This document shows positions 43,525 through 53,188 of a DNA stretch of 64,000 nucleotides, piece after piece. Within the stretch, counting starts at the first letter, position 1. Every line of letters begins with the position of its first letter. Under the pieces are notes generated by a model that worked only from the letters and a program-made list of their open reading frames with translations, ran no database searches and was not told the origin of the DNA. The stretch is from sequence record NC_048046.1; one strand, 5' to 3'. A program made the position numbers and the translations under genes.

Positions 43525-43962
43525 ATGGCTACCCTGGCAGCACGTATCGGGCTCTTGGCGCAGGCGATCCGCGACAAGATCAACCTGATCATGCCGCGCC
43601 TCCTGCCTTCCGGCGCGATCGCCGGGCAGGTGCTGATGAAGAACTCCAGCACCAATTACGATGTCGTGTGGGGCAACCGCACCGTCACCTTTTCGGGCAC
43701 GACCGACTCCAACGGCCTCGCTACCCTCACCTTCTCACCGGCCTTCTCGGCGGTCCCCTTCGTGACCGGCGAGTGCTATCAGGCATCAACCGCCAATCCT
43801 CTACGCTATACCGCAGTGCAGGCACTGGATGTGACCGTCTCGGGCTGCAAGATTCGCACGATGCGCCACGCCAGCACCGGCGTTTTGCTGCTCAACACCA
43901 CCGTGCCGGGCATGGAAGTGTTTCCCTCCGCTCCTTACATGGTCCGCGTGACGGGCCTCTAG
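43525..43962 (+). CDS. Short fibre/appendage protein (145 aa)
   Basis: N-terminus MATLA.RI..LAQAI shared with 21076; G..GQVL.K.S.TNYD..W fibre motif. Confidence 0.75.
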   Translation: MATLAARIGLLAQAIRDKINLIMPRLLPSGAIAGQVLMKNSSTNYDVVWGNRTVTFSGTTDSNGLATLTFSPAFSAVPFVTGECYQASTANPLRYTAVQALDVTVSGCKIRTMRHASTGVLLLNTTVPGMEVFPSAPYMVRVTGL

Positions 43963-43998
43963 TCGACCTTCGCAACCCTCCAGTTCAGAGCGTACATC

Positions 43999-46407
43999 AT
44001 GGCCGTGAAGACCACCAAGGTAGACCTGAGTCGCAAGATGCGCGCGATGCCCCTGGTGGGCCTGAAGATTTACGGTAGCGGTGCCGGCGAGGCGCCTCCG
44101 ATCTTCACGACGTTCACGCTGGACAACAATACCGTCCTGGAGAACTCGCCCGAGGACACGCTGATCGGCAACTTCACGATCGTGCCGGACACCTCGGTCC
44201 TTTCGCTGTTCAACGACGCTGACGGTCGCCTCAAGATCGACGGCACGTCGCTCCTGGTCGGCCCGACGCCGATCTCGTACGAGCAGACGCCGGTGCTGGA
44301 CTCGATCGTCCGCGCGACCTACGGGCCGAACTACCTGGACAAGCCGTTCCCGATCATCGTCGTCGACGTCGACGAGATCACCAACATCACGATCACCAAC
44401 AACACGATCCTGGAGAACTCGGTCCAGGGCACGGTGGTGGGTACGCTGGCGACGGTCCCTGGCGGCGGGGCGCTGACGCTGATCGACAACGCCGGCGGCC
44501 GGTTCCAACTTGCCGGCAACGTCATCCAGGCGGGAGCCGTCTCGACTGACTATGAGACCGCGACGTCGCACGATATCGTGGTGCGTGGAACCATCGGCGG
44601 CGAGACGCTGGATAAGACCATCACGATCACCGTCGTGAACGTCAACGAGGGCGGCGGCGACATCGTCCTGACCGGCAACACGATCGCCGAGAATTCGGCC
44701 CAGGGTACGGTTGTGGGTACGGTCAGCACGGTTCCTACCGCCAACTCGATCGCCCTGACCGACAATGCCGGAGGCCGTTTCCAACTCGTGAGCGGTGTCA
44801 TCCAGGCCGGCGCGACCGCGACCAATTACGAGACCGCGACCAGCCACCAAATCACCATCCAGGCGACCTACGGCTCGGACACGGTGAGCGAGAACTTCAC
44901 GATCAACGTCACCAACGTGGTCGAACTGACCGACTTCACCTTGACCGGCACGTCGGTGAACGAGAACACCGCCCAGGGCGGCGCGGTCGGCACGCTGGCC
45001 TCCACGCCCTCGGGCGCGACCTTCTCCTTCGTCTCGCCGAACAATGACGCCGGCGGCCGGTTCCAGATCGCCACCAACGCGCTCCAGGCCGGCGCAACCG
45101 CGACCAATTACGAGACCGCGCCCAGCCATCTGATCACGATCCGCGCCACGCGCGGCGGCGAGACGATGGACAAGAACTTCACGATCACCGTCAACGACAT
45201 CGACGAGATCAGCGACATCGCCCTGTCTGGCAATTCGGTCACCGAGAATACCGGCTCGGGCGTGACCATCGGCGCTCTGACGTCTACGCCGGCCGGCGCG
45301 ACCTTCTCGATCGTTAGCCAGACGCCAGCAGGCACCTACCTCGCGATCTCCGGCACTAACCTCGTGACTGGCGCGACGCCGACCAACTACGAGGCCAACA
45401 CCAGCCACAGCGTCACCATCCGGGGCACTCGCCTGGGTGAGACCTTCGACAAGACGTTCACGATCAACGTGACCGATGTCGACGAGATCAGCGACATCAC
45501 GCTCAGCAACAACTCGATCTACGAGAATTCTGGATCGGGAACGCAGGTCGGCACGCTGTCGTCGACGCCGGCGGGCGCGACCTTCTCGCTGGTCAGCCAG
45601 AACCCCGCAGGGTCGTACTTCAACGTGGTGAGCGGAGCGATCGTCGCGGGCAGCACGTCAACTGACTACGAAACCCGTACCAGCCACCAAGTCACCGTGC
45701 GAGGGACTCGTCTGAGCGAGACCTTCGACAAGACGTTCACGATCAACATCCTGGATGTGGATGAATCGCCGCCGGCGCCTGATCTGGACAGCTTCGGTCT
45801 GTCGGGTAGCTCGATTGCCGAGAACTCGGGCGCGGGTACTTACGTGGGTACCTTCTCGTCGAGCCCCTCGGGAGCCAGCTATGTCCTGAACAGTAACGCT
45901 GGAGGCCGTTTTGCGATGTCGGGTAATGACCTTGTCGCAGGCTCCACGCCGACCGATTACGAGACCGCGACCAGCCACTCGATTTCAGTCACCGCGACGC
46001 GTGGAAATACGTCGATTCCTCAGGGCTTCACGATCAATGTGACCGACGTTAATGAAGGTGGCGGCGGAAGCCAGACGCTGTCTCCCGGAGTGAGCAATGG
46101 CAGCTTGACGGTATTCGCGTCCAATCCTGGTGAGCAGGCCGTTTCGGGCTACGTCACTGTTTCGATCAGCCAAGGTACCGGGCCTTGGTCGTTTGCGTGG
46201 GAGCAGGTCAGCGGTTACAGTGGAATGTCAGTGGCCTATGGAACCGTGAACGGGAAGCCTAACGATTCTGGCTACTTCTATTTGGCCTCGAATGATCGGC
46301 CGTCAGACCGAACCACCATCTGGCGGTGTAAGGTTACCGACTCCATCGGGAACTACGGTTACACCAACAACGTCACGATCCGCCTCGTGCAGTCTAGTCC
46401 CACCTAA
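43999..46407 (+). CDS. Cadherin-repeat virion surface protein (802 aa; 7 repeats plus a distinct C-terminal domain)
   Basis: Seven repeats of about 90 aa, each with EN, (D/N)YE and D(V/I)(D/N)E Ca-binding-type motifs. Confidence 0.85.
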   Translation: MAVKTTKVDLSRKMRAMPLVGLKIYGSGAGEAPPIFTTFTLDNNTVLENSPEDTLIGNFTIVPDTSVLSLFNDADGRLKIDGTSLLVGPTPISYEQTPVLDSIVRATYGPNYLDKPFPIIVVDVDEITNITITNNTILENSVQGTVVGTLATVPGGGALTLIDNAGGRFQLAGNVIQAGAVSTDYETATSHDIVVRGTIGGETLDKTITITVVNVNEGGGDIVLTGNTIAENSAQGTVVGTVSTVPTANSIALTDNAGGRFQLVSGVIQAGATATNYETATSHQITIQATYGSDTVSENFTINVTNVVELTDFTLTGTSVNENTAQGGAVGTLASTPSGATFSFVSPNNDAGGRFQIATNALQAGATATNYETAPSHLITIRATRGGETMDKNFTITVNDIDEISDIALSGNSVTENTGSGVTIGALTSTPAGATFSIVSQTPAGTYLAISGTNLVTGATPTNYEANTSHSVTIRGTRLGETFDKTFTINVTDVDEISDITLSNNSIYENSGSGTQVGTLSSTPAGATFSLVSQNPAGSYFNVVSGAIVAGSTSTDYETRTSHQVTVRGTRLSETFDKTFTINILDVDESPPAPDLDSFGLSGSSIAENSGAGTYVGTFSSSPSGASYVLNSNAGGRFAMSGNDLVAGSTPTDYETATSHSISVTATRGNTSIPQGFTINVTDVNEGGGGSQTLSPGVSNGSLTVFASNPGEQAVSGYVTVSISQGTGPWSFAWEQVSGYSGMSVAYGTVNGKPNDSGYFYLASNDRPSDRTTIWRCKVTDSIGNYGYTNNVTIRLVQSSPT

Positions 46408-46442
46408 AAAGGTGAGCCGCCCAGGTGACCTGGGCGGCTCTT
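46408..46442. terminator. Bidirectional terminator between convergent genes
   Basis: GAGCCGCCCAGGT-G-ACCTGGGCGGCTC flanked by A and T runs. Confidence 0.7.
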
Positions 46443-46446
46443 TAGC

Positions 46447-46845
46447 TTAGGTCAATGGGACGACGCCTGCCGTCTTGCTCAGGATCAGCCAATCCGCTCC
46501 TAGGAATTGGAGTGCTACCGCCGGAGTACGGTCGAGTGCCAGAGGTTGGAACTCAGCCTGAAGTCCGGAGACGTTGAGCCCGTCTCCACGGAAGAAGGTC
46601 GGACCAGACGCTGCCTCGTAAAGGCCGGTGACGCGAGTGATCTGCCCCGCCGGCACGTTGTTGCTGTACTTGAAACGAATCAGAACGATATCGCCGACTT
46701 CTTTAGCCGGCGCAAGTACACCGTGGAAATGACCAGCCTCACCGGTCGTCGAAATTTCGATGACCTTCTCCCCGTTAGGATTGAGGATGAGACCCTCATA
46801 TAGGGGCAGGTCTGCCTGGGTGAGTTGAACGAAATGGCGGGACAT
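46447..46845 (-). CDS. Hypothetical beta-rich protein (132 aa), moron-like
   Basis: Reverse-strand ORF with AGGAG RBS. Confidence 0.7.
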   Translation of the reverse strand: MSRHFVQLTQADLPLYEGLILNPNGEKVIEISTTGEAGHFHGVLAPAKEVGDIVLIRFKYSNNVPAGQITRVTGLYEAASGPTFFRGDGLNVSGLQAEFQPLALDRTPAVALQFLGADWLILSKTAGVVPLT

Positions 46846-46913
46846 TAATCACTCCTAACCGGCCCAGCGCCGGCGAAGCTTGCTACCCGATCTCGGTTTT
46901 CAGATCAATCGGC

Positions 46914-47342
46914 CTAGTCGTCGTATTCCGTCTTGTCCGCCATCGCTTCGACCAGCGGGATCAGCTTGCCCCGATGTTGGGTGTGCCAGACATAGGAGCC
47001 GTCTGCTGTCTTCAGGAGGACGTACAGATAGCTTTCACCGAAGGCGCGACGCACCGCATCCACATCAGCCAGTGATCGCGGCTCGACCCCGGTTTCACCC
47101 CGATCGCGTCCGTACGCGCGGGTCCAGCCCTTCGTGGGATTGTTGAAGTCGTGCTTCTCGCCGATCTCAGCTTCGATGACGCTGAGATCGCCCAGGGCAG
47201 CCAGTTTGCGCGCCTTCTCGATATCCGAGTAGTGGTCCAGCAACGTCTGGCCGTTGCCCTCGTAGTAGCCGTCCCAATGGACGTAGATGAAGAGGAAGGA
47301 GCCGTCTTCCTGCTGGACGGCGACGTTGCTGCGAGTGGCCAT
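46914..47342 (-). CDS. Conserved phage hypothetical protein (142 aa; MATRS...IYVHWDGY motif)
   Basis: Motif is recognisable in diverse phages from memory; ATG at 47342. Confidence 0.8.
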   Translation of the reverse strand: MATRSNVAVQQEDGSFLFIYVHWDGYYEGNGQTLLDHYSDIEKARKLAALGDLSVIEAEIGEKHDFNNPTKGWTRAYGRDRGETGVEPRSLADVDAVRRAFGESYLYVLLKTADGSYVWHTQHRGKLIPLVEAMADKTEYDD

Positions 47343-47428
47343 GAGGGAACCCCGGTTAACTATGCCTTCAGCCATAATCGGTTTGTCCCCCGATGCAAGC
47401 GAAATGTCTGCCCTGCTTGCGCCAGAGT

Positions 47429-47459
47429 GCCAGGAATCTTGACACTTCGGGTTAACCAT
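47429..47459 (+). promoter_or_regulatory. GCCAGGAATCTTGACA promoter with TTAACCAT half-site
   Basis: TTGACA at 47439-47444; TTAACCAT at 47452-47459. Confidence 0.65.
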
Positions 47460-47527
47460 GCCACAAGAAACGGGCTTGCGGCGCATGGTTGCCGCCTTTT
47501 CTGAATTTCCTCCGCCGCAGGAACCAC

Positions 47528-48025
47528 ATGAGCGAATCCGTCATCATCTACGGGCCGAAGGGTCCCGAACGCCACACGCCGGCCAATGCCCGTGACCTCG
47601 TCTACACCGGCCTCTATAGCTGGGCCGAATTCTTCAAGACTACGCCGACTGCCATCGCGCCGTTCGCGCGTCTTGATGTCCCCTCGGGCAGCCTGTCCCA
47701 GGACGTGCTGGACAAGGCGATCGTCAAGGAAGAAGGCGGCGCCTCGGGAGCGGCGTCGAGCGCTGCTGCTGCTCTGGCGGCTCAGCAAGCCCAGATGCAG
47801 GCTGCCCTGATTCAGCAGCAAGCCCTGGCCCAGGCCGCTGCCCAGGCTCAAGCGGCTGCTGCCGCCGCGCCGGCCGTGGAAATCCCGGACTTCAGCCAAC
47901 CTGTCGCCGTGGACGCCTCGGACCTGGACGATGAGGGCGAAGCTGATGCTGAAGAAGTCGTCGGCGACGAGCCGATCGCCACGCCGACCCCGCGTGGTCG
48001 TGGCCGTCCGCGCAAGAACGCCTAA
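47528..48025 (+). CDS. Ala/Gln-rich protein with acidic tail and AT-hook-like RGRGRPRK (165 aa)
   Basis: ATG at 47528. Confidence 0.75.
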   Translation: MSESVIIYGPKGPERHTPANARDLVYTGLYSWAEFFKTTPTAIAPFARLDVPSGSLSQDVLDKAIVKEEGGASGAASSAAAALAAQQAQMQAALIQQQALAQAAAQAQAAAAAAPAVEIPDFSQPVAVDASDLDDEGEADAEEVVGDEPIATPTPRGRGRPRKNA

Positions 48026-48166
48026 GTCGGCGTCGACCCTGTATCAACCTCAGGGTCGCTAAACATGAGGCAGGGCCAATCCCTGTAGGTCTGCGCTAGC
48101 GCCGTATTCCGAGGCCGCACCTGTAAGAGGGTTGTATCGGAAGGTCTCGGAGCGGGAGATATTGAA

Positions 48167-48195
48167 AGGCCCCGAACTCGCGTTCGGGGCCTTCT
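48167..48195. terminator. Bidirectional terminator
   Basis: AGGCCCCGAAC-tcgc-GTTCGGGGCCT. Confidence 0.7.
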
Positions 48196-48200
48196 GATTC

Positions 48201-48494
48201 TCAGTCCCAGCGGCTGAACATGCCGGGACGGAAGGCACGATGGTTGATCCGCTTCTCGCGGTGGAGGGTGGCGAAGATGCGCCCTCGCCCTCGGTACCGG
48301 CGCTTCCACTTGTAGCGGTGGACGAAGCGCTTGGACCCCGGACCCACGCCAAGATGAGCTGTCCCGGTGCGAATGCCCCAGAGCGGCGACTTATTCACGG
48401 TGCTTCGATAGATGTGAATTTGGCGATCGGTCTGGAAGAGCAGATCGCCGTTCATGCCTCGGTAAAGGCGCGATTTAGCGGGAAATCGACGCAT
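48201..48494 (-). CDS. Basic hypothetical protein (97 aa)
   Basis: Reverse-strand ORF ending at the terminator. Confidence 0.55.
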   Translation of the reverse strand: MRRFPAKSRLYRGMNGDLLFQTDRQIHIYRSTVNKSPLWGIRTGTAHLGVGPGSKRFVHRYKWKRRYRGRGRIFATLHREKRINHRAFRPGMFSRWD

Positions 48495-48512
48495 GCGTAA
48501 GCCTTGCGAACT

Positions 48513-48528
48513 GCCAGGAATCTTGACA
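48513..48528 (+). promoter_or_regulatory. GCCAGGAATCTTGACA promoter -35 region for the fibre operon
   Basis: Identical 16-mer to 47429-47444. Confidence 0.6.
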
Positions 48529-48574
48529 TCTGAGCCAATCCGTGACAGAAGTCAAGGGCTAATTTTAGCCCCTC

Positions 48575-48973
48575 TTGGCGGAATTTTCGGTGCCCAACCT
48601 CTCCTATTTTTCGCACGACAACATGATCGCGCAGTTTGGTCCGAACCAGACTTTCGCGGTGCTCGTTGACGCGCCGAACCCGGACGGCACCGGGCTGGTT
48701 GAGCCCAGCGACGCCTGGGGCTACGCACGTCAAGCGATCGACTTTGAAGCCACGCGATCGACCTCGGAGTCGGGCGTGACCGTGCTGCGCAACACGAACA
48801 ACGTGGTCTTCGGCCCGGCGGTCACCGCCGACTGGCCGATGGTCCAGTGGTTCGCCGTCTTCGACGAAAACGACAACATGATCTACTACGGTCGTTTGCG
48901 AACTGCACGTACGACTAAGCTGGGCGAAGTCACGGCGTTCCCGATCGAAGACATCGAAATTCGCCTTCGGTAA
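48575..48973 (+). CDS. Small fibre-associated structural protein (132 aa), paralogue of 20238-20633
   Basis: Shared motif pattern. Confidence 0.8.
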   Translation: MAEFSVPNLSYFSHDNMIAQFGPNQTFAVLVDAPNPDGTGLVEPSDAWGYARQAIDFEATRSTSESGVTVLRNTNNVVFGPAVTADWPMVQWFAVFDENDNMIYYGRLRTARTTKLGEVTAFPIEDIEIRLR

Positions 48974-48979
48974 CCGCTG

Positions 48980-50863
48980 ATGGCGAAGCGAGTCAGCATC
49001 ACGCTCGACGTGGCGACGGATGTAGATTCGCGTCACGGCCTGGGCATGACCGCAGGTCTTCCGCCGGAGATCGAAGGCGGCACCATGGGTATCATGGATG
49101 CTGTCGTCGGCGCGGCTGTCGATGGCGGTGGGATCGTCGTCGTCCCTGGGACGATCGAAGACCTCACGGATGTCGAGATCAATCCGTCCACTCTGGCGGA
49201 AGGCGATGTTCTGGTCTGGCGCGAAGCGCGCTGGGTCAACGAGCCTCAGTCGGGCGGCGGTGGTGGAGGCGGTAACGGCTTCCAGATCGTGCTCGGCCCG
49301 GTCGAAACGGAAGGCGATGGGTCCTGGCTGCCGGGCGCGGTCCCCCTGGCGGACGACATGGCGGTCAGCGAAGGCATCGACCGCATCAACGAAGTCCTGG
49401 GCAAGCTGGTCCCCGCGCAGCCTCCCGAGTTCCCGAACGGCGTCCTGTCGCTGTCGAATACCGGGGGTTCCTCGCCGCGACTGGCGACCGGGGTCACCGA
49501 TAATACGGGCGACGCACCCTACGCGCCGGGTGGCAGCGTTACGCGTGTCCCGGCGGCAGGTGTCTCTAGTTTCGCCTTCAACGATGTGGGTCCGGGCGAC
49601 AGCGGTACGGTGTCGGTCTGGGTCAACGATGTCGAAGTCTCCAGCCGCATCCTAACGGGGTCGGGCGACAACGGCATCTACAACGGTCTCCAGATCGCCG
49701 ACCAGAAGGACTACCCGACTTCGCAGCCGGGCTTCTGGAAGTCGATTGACGTTTCGCTCAACGGCGTCCCGGCGGATGTCGGCGTGAATAAGGTTCAGGT
49801 CGTCCATTCGGCCGCAGGCCAGACCGCCGAGGTCTACTTCGTGCGCGACGGCATGACCGCTTCGCCGGCAGTTTCTGGCGGAAGCGTGGCTGAAGCTGCT
49901 CAGGGTACGCTCGCCTATTCGTCGGGTGTGCCGCACTACGGTTCGGGCGCGTCGCTCACGGTGGGCGGATCGTTCACGAACCTCTCGGGCGAGACCTACT
50001 ACGGCGGCTCGGACATCTTCACGGCGTCGGGCGAGAACGGCGTCATCAGCGGCCAGTCGTACGACTATAGCACGCTGGGGATCACGGTCCCGCCCGTGCG
50101 TCAGAAGACCAGCGCGACCGCGATCACTCCGGTGACCGTGAGCGTGAACGGAAACGTTCATGCGGTGGGTCGCGTCCAGGGCGCCGCGCGTAACGTGAAC
50201 GGCACGGGCTCGGCGGTCCTGGCCTCGACGATGATCCTGGTCAAGCGCGGCGCGGCGCCTGCTGGCAAGGTGGACGAGATGTCGGTGCCCGTGACGGGCA
50301 TGGGCAGCATCCCCAACGGCGACAATGCCGTGTCGGTGACGCTGGGAGATGGCGACACGCCGGCGGGAACTGCTACGGTCTGGGACCCGACGGCGACTCT
50401 GCCGACCTATTCTGCCTCTGTCGTGGCGGGCGTGCTCAAGCATGACCAGATCGACTACACCACCGGCTACCTGCCGCAGGGACCCAACTATTCGGTGGGT
50501 CGCTCGGGGCCGCAGTACCGCACTTGGTCGTTCAAGCGCGCCTCGCGCTCGACGTTCCGTATCGCGGTCACCGGCTCCTATGCAGGCTGCTGGATCAAGC
50601 TGCCGGGCGTCTCGGACTCACAGCCGAACGCCCCGAACGGTTGGTGGAATGCCTTCGCCGCCTATGACGGTGCAGGTATCCCCGGCGAAGCTGGCGACCC
50701 CGCCGCCGGCTGCGCGCTCGGCTCCGTGATGAACGGTGGCTCGGGCACGTTCACGATCACCTTCGGCACGCAGTCCTCGACCAACGCGACCGGTAATGAA
50801 GTCCTCATTCGCTTCCGGCTGAACGCCGGTCAACAAATCACCGCGCTGGCGTACAGCAACTAG
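48980..50863 (+). CDS. Virion structural protein (627 aa), paralogue of the C-terminal part of 50872-53187
   Basis: Gly/Thr/Ser-rich beta protein with long shared blocks. Confidence 0.85.
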   Translation: MAKRVSITLDVATDVDSRHGLGMTAGLPPEIEGGTMGIMDAVVGAAVDGGGIVVVPGTIEDLTDVEINPSTLAEGDVLVWREARWVNEPQSGGGGGGGNGFQIVLGPVETEGDGSWLPGAVPLADDMAVSEGIDRINEVLGKLVPAQPPEFPNGVLSLSNTGGSSPRLATGVTDNTGDAPYAPGGSVTRVPAAGVSSFAFNDVGPGDSGTVSVWVNDVEVSSRILTGSGDNGIYNGLQIADQKDYPTSQPGFWKSIDVSLNGVPADVGVNKVQVVHSAAGQTAEVYFVRDGMTASPAVSGGSVAEAAQGTLAYSSGVPHYGSGASLTVGGSFTNLSGETYYGGSDIFTASGENGVISGQSYDYSTLGITVPPVRQKTSATAITPVTVSVNGNVHAVGRVQGAARNVNGTGSAVLASTMILVKRGAAPAGKVDEMSVPVTGMGSIPNGDNAVSVTLGDGDTPAGTATVWDPTATLPTYSASVVAGVLKHDQIDYTTGYLPQGPNYSVGRSGPQYRTWSFKRASRSTFRIAVTGSYAGCWIKLPGVSDSQPNAPNGWWNAFAAYDGAGIPGEAGDPAAGCALGSVMNGGSGTFTITFGTQSSTNATGNEVLIRFRLNAGQQITALAYSN

Positions 50864-50871
50864 GTCCAACG

Positions 50872-53187
50872 ATGCCCATCACCACTGACGAAAAGGTCGA
50901 CTTCCTGTTCAAGCAGGCTGGCTTCGGTGTCGCCAAGACCGAAACGGCCGCGAACAAGACTGGTTCGAACGAAACCATCCCGTTCCCGCAGGTGGTCTAT
51001 CCGGATTCGGTCTGGAAGGAATCGAACCTGATTCCGCCGTCGGCGCCTGTGTCGTCAGGCGGCGTGATCGAGGCCTGGACCGGCGCGAACCGCATCCGTG
51101 CGACCACGGACCCGACCTCGACTCCCAATCTGGCGTGGCTGGCGACGGAAATCTTTGGCACGCCGGGCTCGCGTCTGTCTGGCTTCGTGCCGCCGACCTT
51201 CGGTTCCAGCTACGCCGCCAAGGTCTATATCGGCGACCCGAATGTGGGTCCGGCCGCCCGTATCTTCCCGGATACCACGAACGAAGAGTGGGTGTTCAAC
51301 TACACCTCGGGCGTGCTCATGTTCATGGGCAGCAGCATTCCGGCCGCGAAGACCGCCACGATCGGCTCGGGTACGGTCACGGTTGCCGCCAACGGCATCT
51401 ACCTCGAACTCTACCAGTACGTCGGCGCGGTCGGCGTGGGCGATGAAGGCGTCGCCAACGGTTATGAACTGCCCCTGGGTGGCACCAGCGCCTGGACCGG
51501 CGCCGTGCCGCTCGACGACAACACGAGCATCTCCGAGGCCATCGACTTGATCAACAACAAGCTGGGCGACGTGGCCTCGGACACGCCGGCCGACGGCTTC
51601 CACCTCGTCCTGGGCGACGTCACTGTCGACGGAGACGGTTCGTGGGCGCCGGGCGCCGTACCATTCACCAACAACATGCCGGTCTCCGAAGGCATGGACC
51701 GCTTGAACGAAGTGCTTGCCAAGCTGATCCCGACGGCTCCGTCGGACTTCCCGGCTGGGACGACGTTGACGATTTCGAACACCGCCGGTAACTCGCCGCG
51801 TCTGGCGACCGGCGTCACCGACAATTCGGGTGGTGGCTCGGGCTACACGGACGGCGGCGCGGTCACCCGCGTCACCGCTGCCGGCATCAACAGCAACACC
51901 TTCAACGACGTGGGTCCTGGCGATACCGGAACCGTCGCGGCCTTCCTGAATGGCGTGGCCACGGCTACGCACGCCCTCTCGGGTACGGGCGACAACGGCG
52001 CCTACTCGGGCCTCGTGATCGCGGACCAGAAGGACTTTCCCGTCTCGACGCCGGGCTTCTGGAAGTCGATCGACGTCTCGCTCAACGGTTTCGCCGCGCC
52101 GACCGGGATCAACAAGGCCCGCATCTCGCACGGCGGCGCGGGCCAGACCAACGACGTCTACTTCGTGCGCGACGCCTTGACGGCGGTGCCTGCCATCACC
52201 TCTCCCACGGTCACCCAGGCCGGTGCGGGCACCCTGGCCTATTCCTCGGGCGTACCACACTTCGGTACGGGCGCCACGCTGACGGTCAACCTGTCGTACT
52301 CCAACCTGTCGGGCGAGACCTATTACGGCGGCGCCGATCCCGTGACCATCACGGGTACGAACGGCATCATCGGCTCGCAGGCGTTTGACTATCCCGCGCT
52401 CGGCATCACCACGCCGATCCCGCGCCAAACGACCACCGCGACGGCGATCACCCCGATCACCGTCAACGTGAACCCGACGAACACCCATAACGTCGGCGTC
52501 ATCCAGGGCGTCGCCAAGAACGTCAACGGCTCCAGCACGACTACCACCCTGTCGACCACGAACGTGCTGGTCAAGGCGGGTTCGGCCGGTTCGCGCATCG
52601 ACGAGATGAGCATTCCGGTCTCGGGCCTGGGCTCGTCGCCGAACACCAACAACGCCGTCTCGGTGGTCCTGGGTGGCGGGGATACGCCGGCCGGCGCGCC
52701 GGCCGCGTGGACGACGTCGACGCAGGTCCAGACCTACGATGCAACGGTGGTCGCGGGTGTGCTCAAGCACGACCAGATCGACTACACCGCCTACATGCCG
52801 CCCGGCCCGAACTATTCGGCGGGCCGGACGGGTTCGCAATACCGCACCTTCTCTTTCAACCGCGCGGCGCGATCGACTTTCAAGATCACGATCGCAGGTT
52901 CTTATGCTGGTTGCTGGATCAAGCTGCCGGGAGTCTCGGATACGCAGCCCAACGCCCCGAACGGCTGGTGGAATGCCTTCCAGGCCTACGACGGCGCCGG
53001 CGTCCCCGGTGAAGCCGGCGACACCGCCAACGGTTGCGCCCTGGGCGCGGTCATGACTGGCGGCTCGGGCACCTTCACGATCACGTTCGGCACGGAATCG
53101 TCGACGAACGCGACCGGCAACCAAATCCTGGTCCGCCTCAAGCTGAACGCGGGCCAGCAAGTTACGGCACTCTCCTTCTCGAACTAA
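50872..53187 (+). CDS. Virion structural protein (771 aa), mosaic of its two neighbours
   Basis: N-terminus resembles 53189-53884; C-terminus resembles 48980-50863. Confidence 0.85.
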   Translation: MPITTDEKVDFLFKQAGFGVAKTETAANKTGSNETIPFPQVVYPDSVWKESNLIPPSAPVSSGGVIEAWTGANRIRATTDPTSTPNLAWLATEIFGTPGSRLSGFVPPTFGSSYAAKVYIGDPNVGPAARIFPDTTNEEWVFNYTSGVLMFMGSSIPAAKTATIGSGTVTVAANGIYLELYQYVGAVGVGDEGVANGYELPLGGTSAWTGAVPLDDNTSISEAIDLINNKLGDVASDTPADGFHLVLGDVTVDGDGSWAPGAVPFTNNMPVSEGMDRLNEVLAKLIPTAPSDFPAGTTLTISNTAGNSPRLATGVTDNSGGGSGYTDGGAVTRVTAAGINSNTFNDVGPGDTGTVAAFLNGVATATHALSGTGDNGAYSGLVIADQKDFPVSTPGFWKSIDVSLNGFAAPTGINKARISHGGAGQTNDVYFVRDALTAVPAITSPTVTQAGAGTLAYSSGVPHFGTGATLTVNLSYSNLSGETYYGGADPVTITGTNGIIGSQAFDYPALGITTPIPRQTTTATAITPITVNVNPTNTHNVGVIQGVAKNVNGSSTTTTLSTTNVLVKAGSAGSRIDEMSIPVSGLGSSPNTNNAVSVVLGGGDTPAGAPAAWTTSTQVQTYDATVVAGVLKHDQIDYTAYMPPGPNYSAGRTGSQYRTFSFNRAARSTFKITIAGSYAGCWIKLPGVSDTQPNAPNGWWNAFQAYDGAGVPGEAGDTANGCALGAVMTGGSGTFTITFGTESSTNATGNQILVRLKLNAGQQVTALSFSN

Positions 53188-53188
53188 G

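Noticed and set aside
48060-48160. Cobalamin riboswitch, hatchet or HDV ribozyme
   Set aside because: Only isolated words match. The required helices and spacing (e.g. the HDV P2 partner, hatchet CAUGUU) are missing; kept as an unknown RNA candidate.
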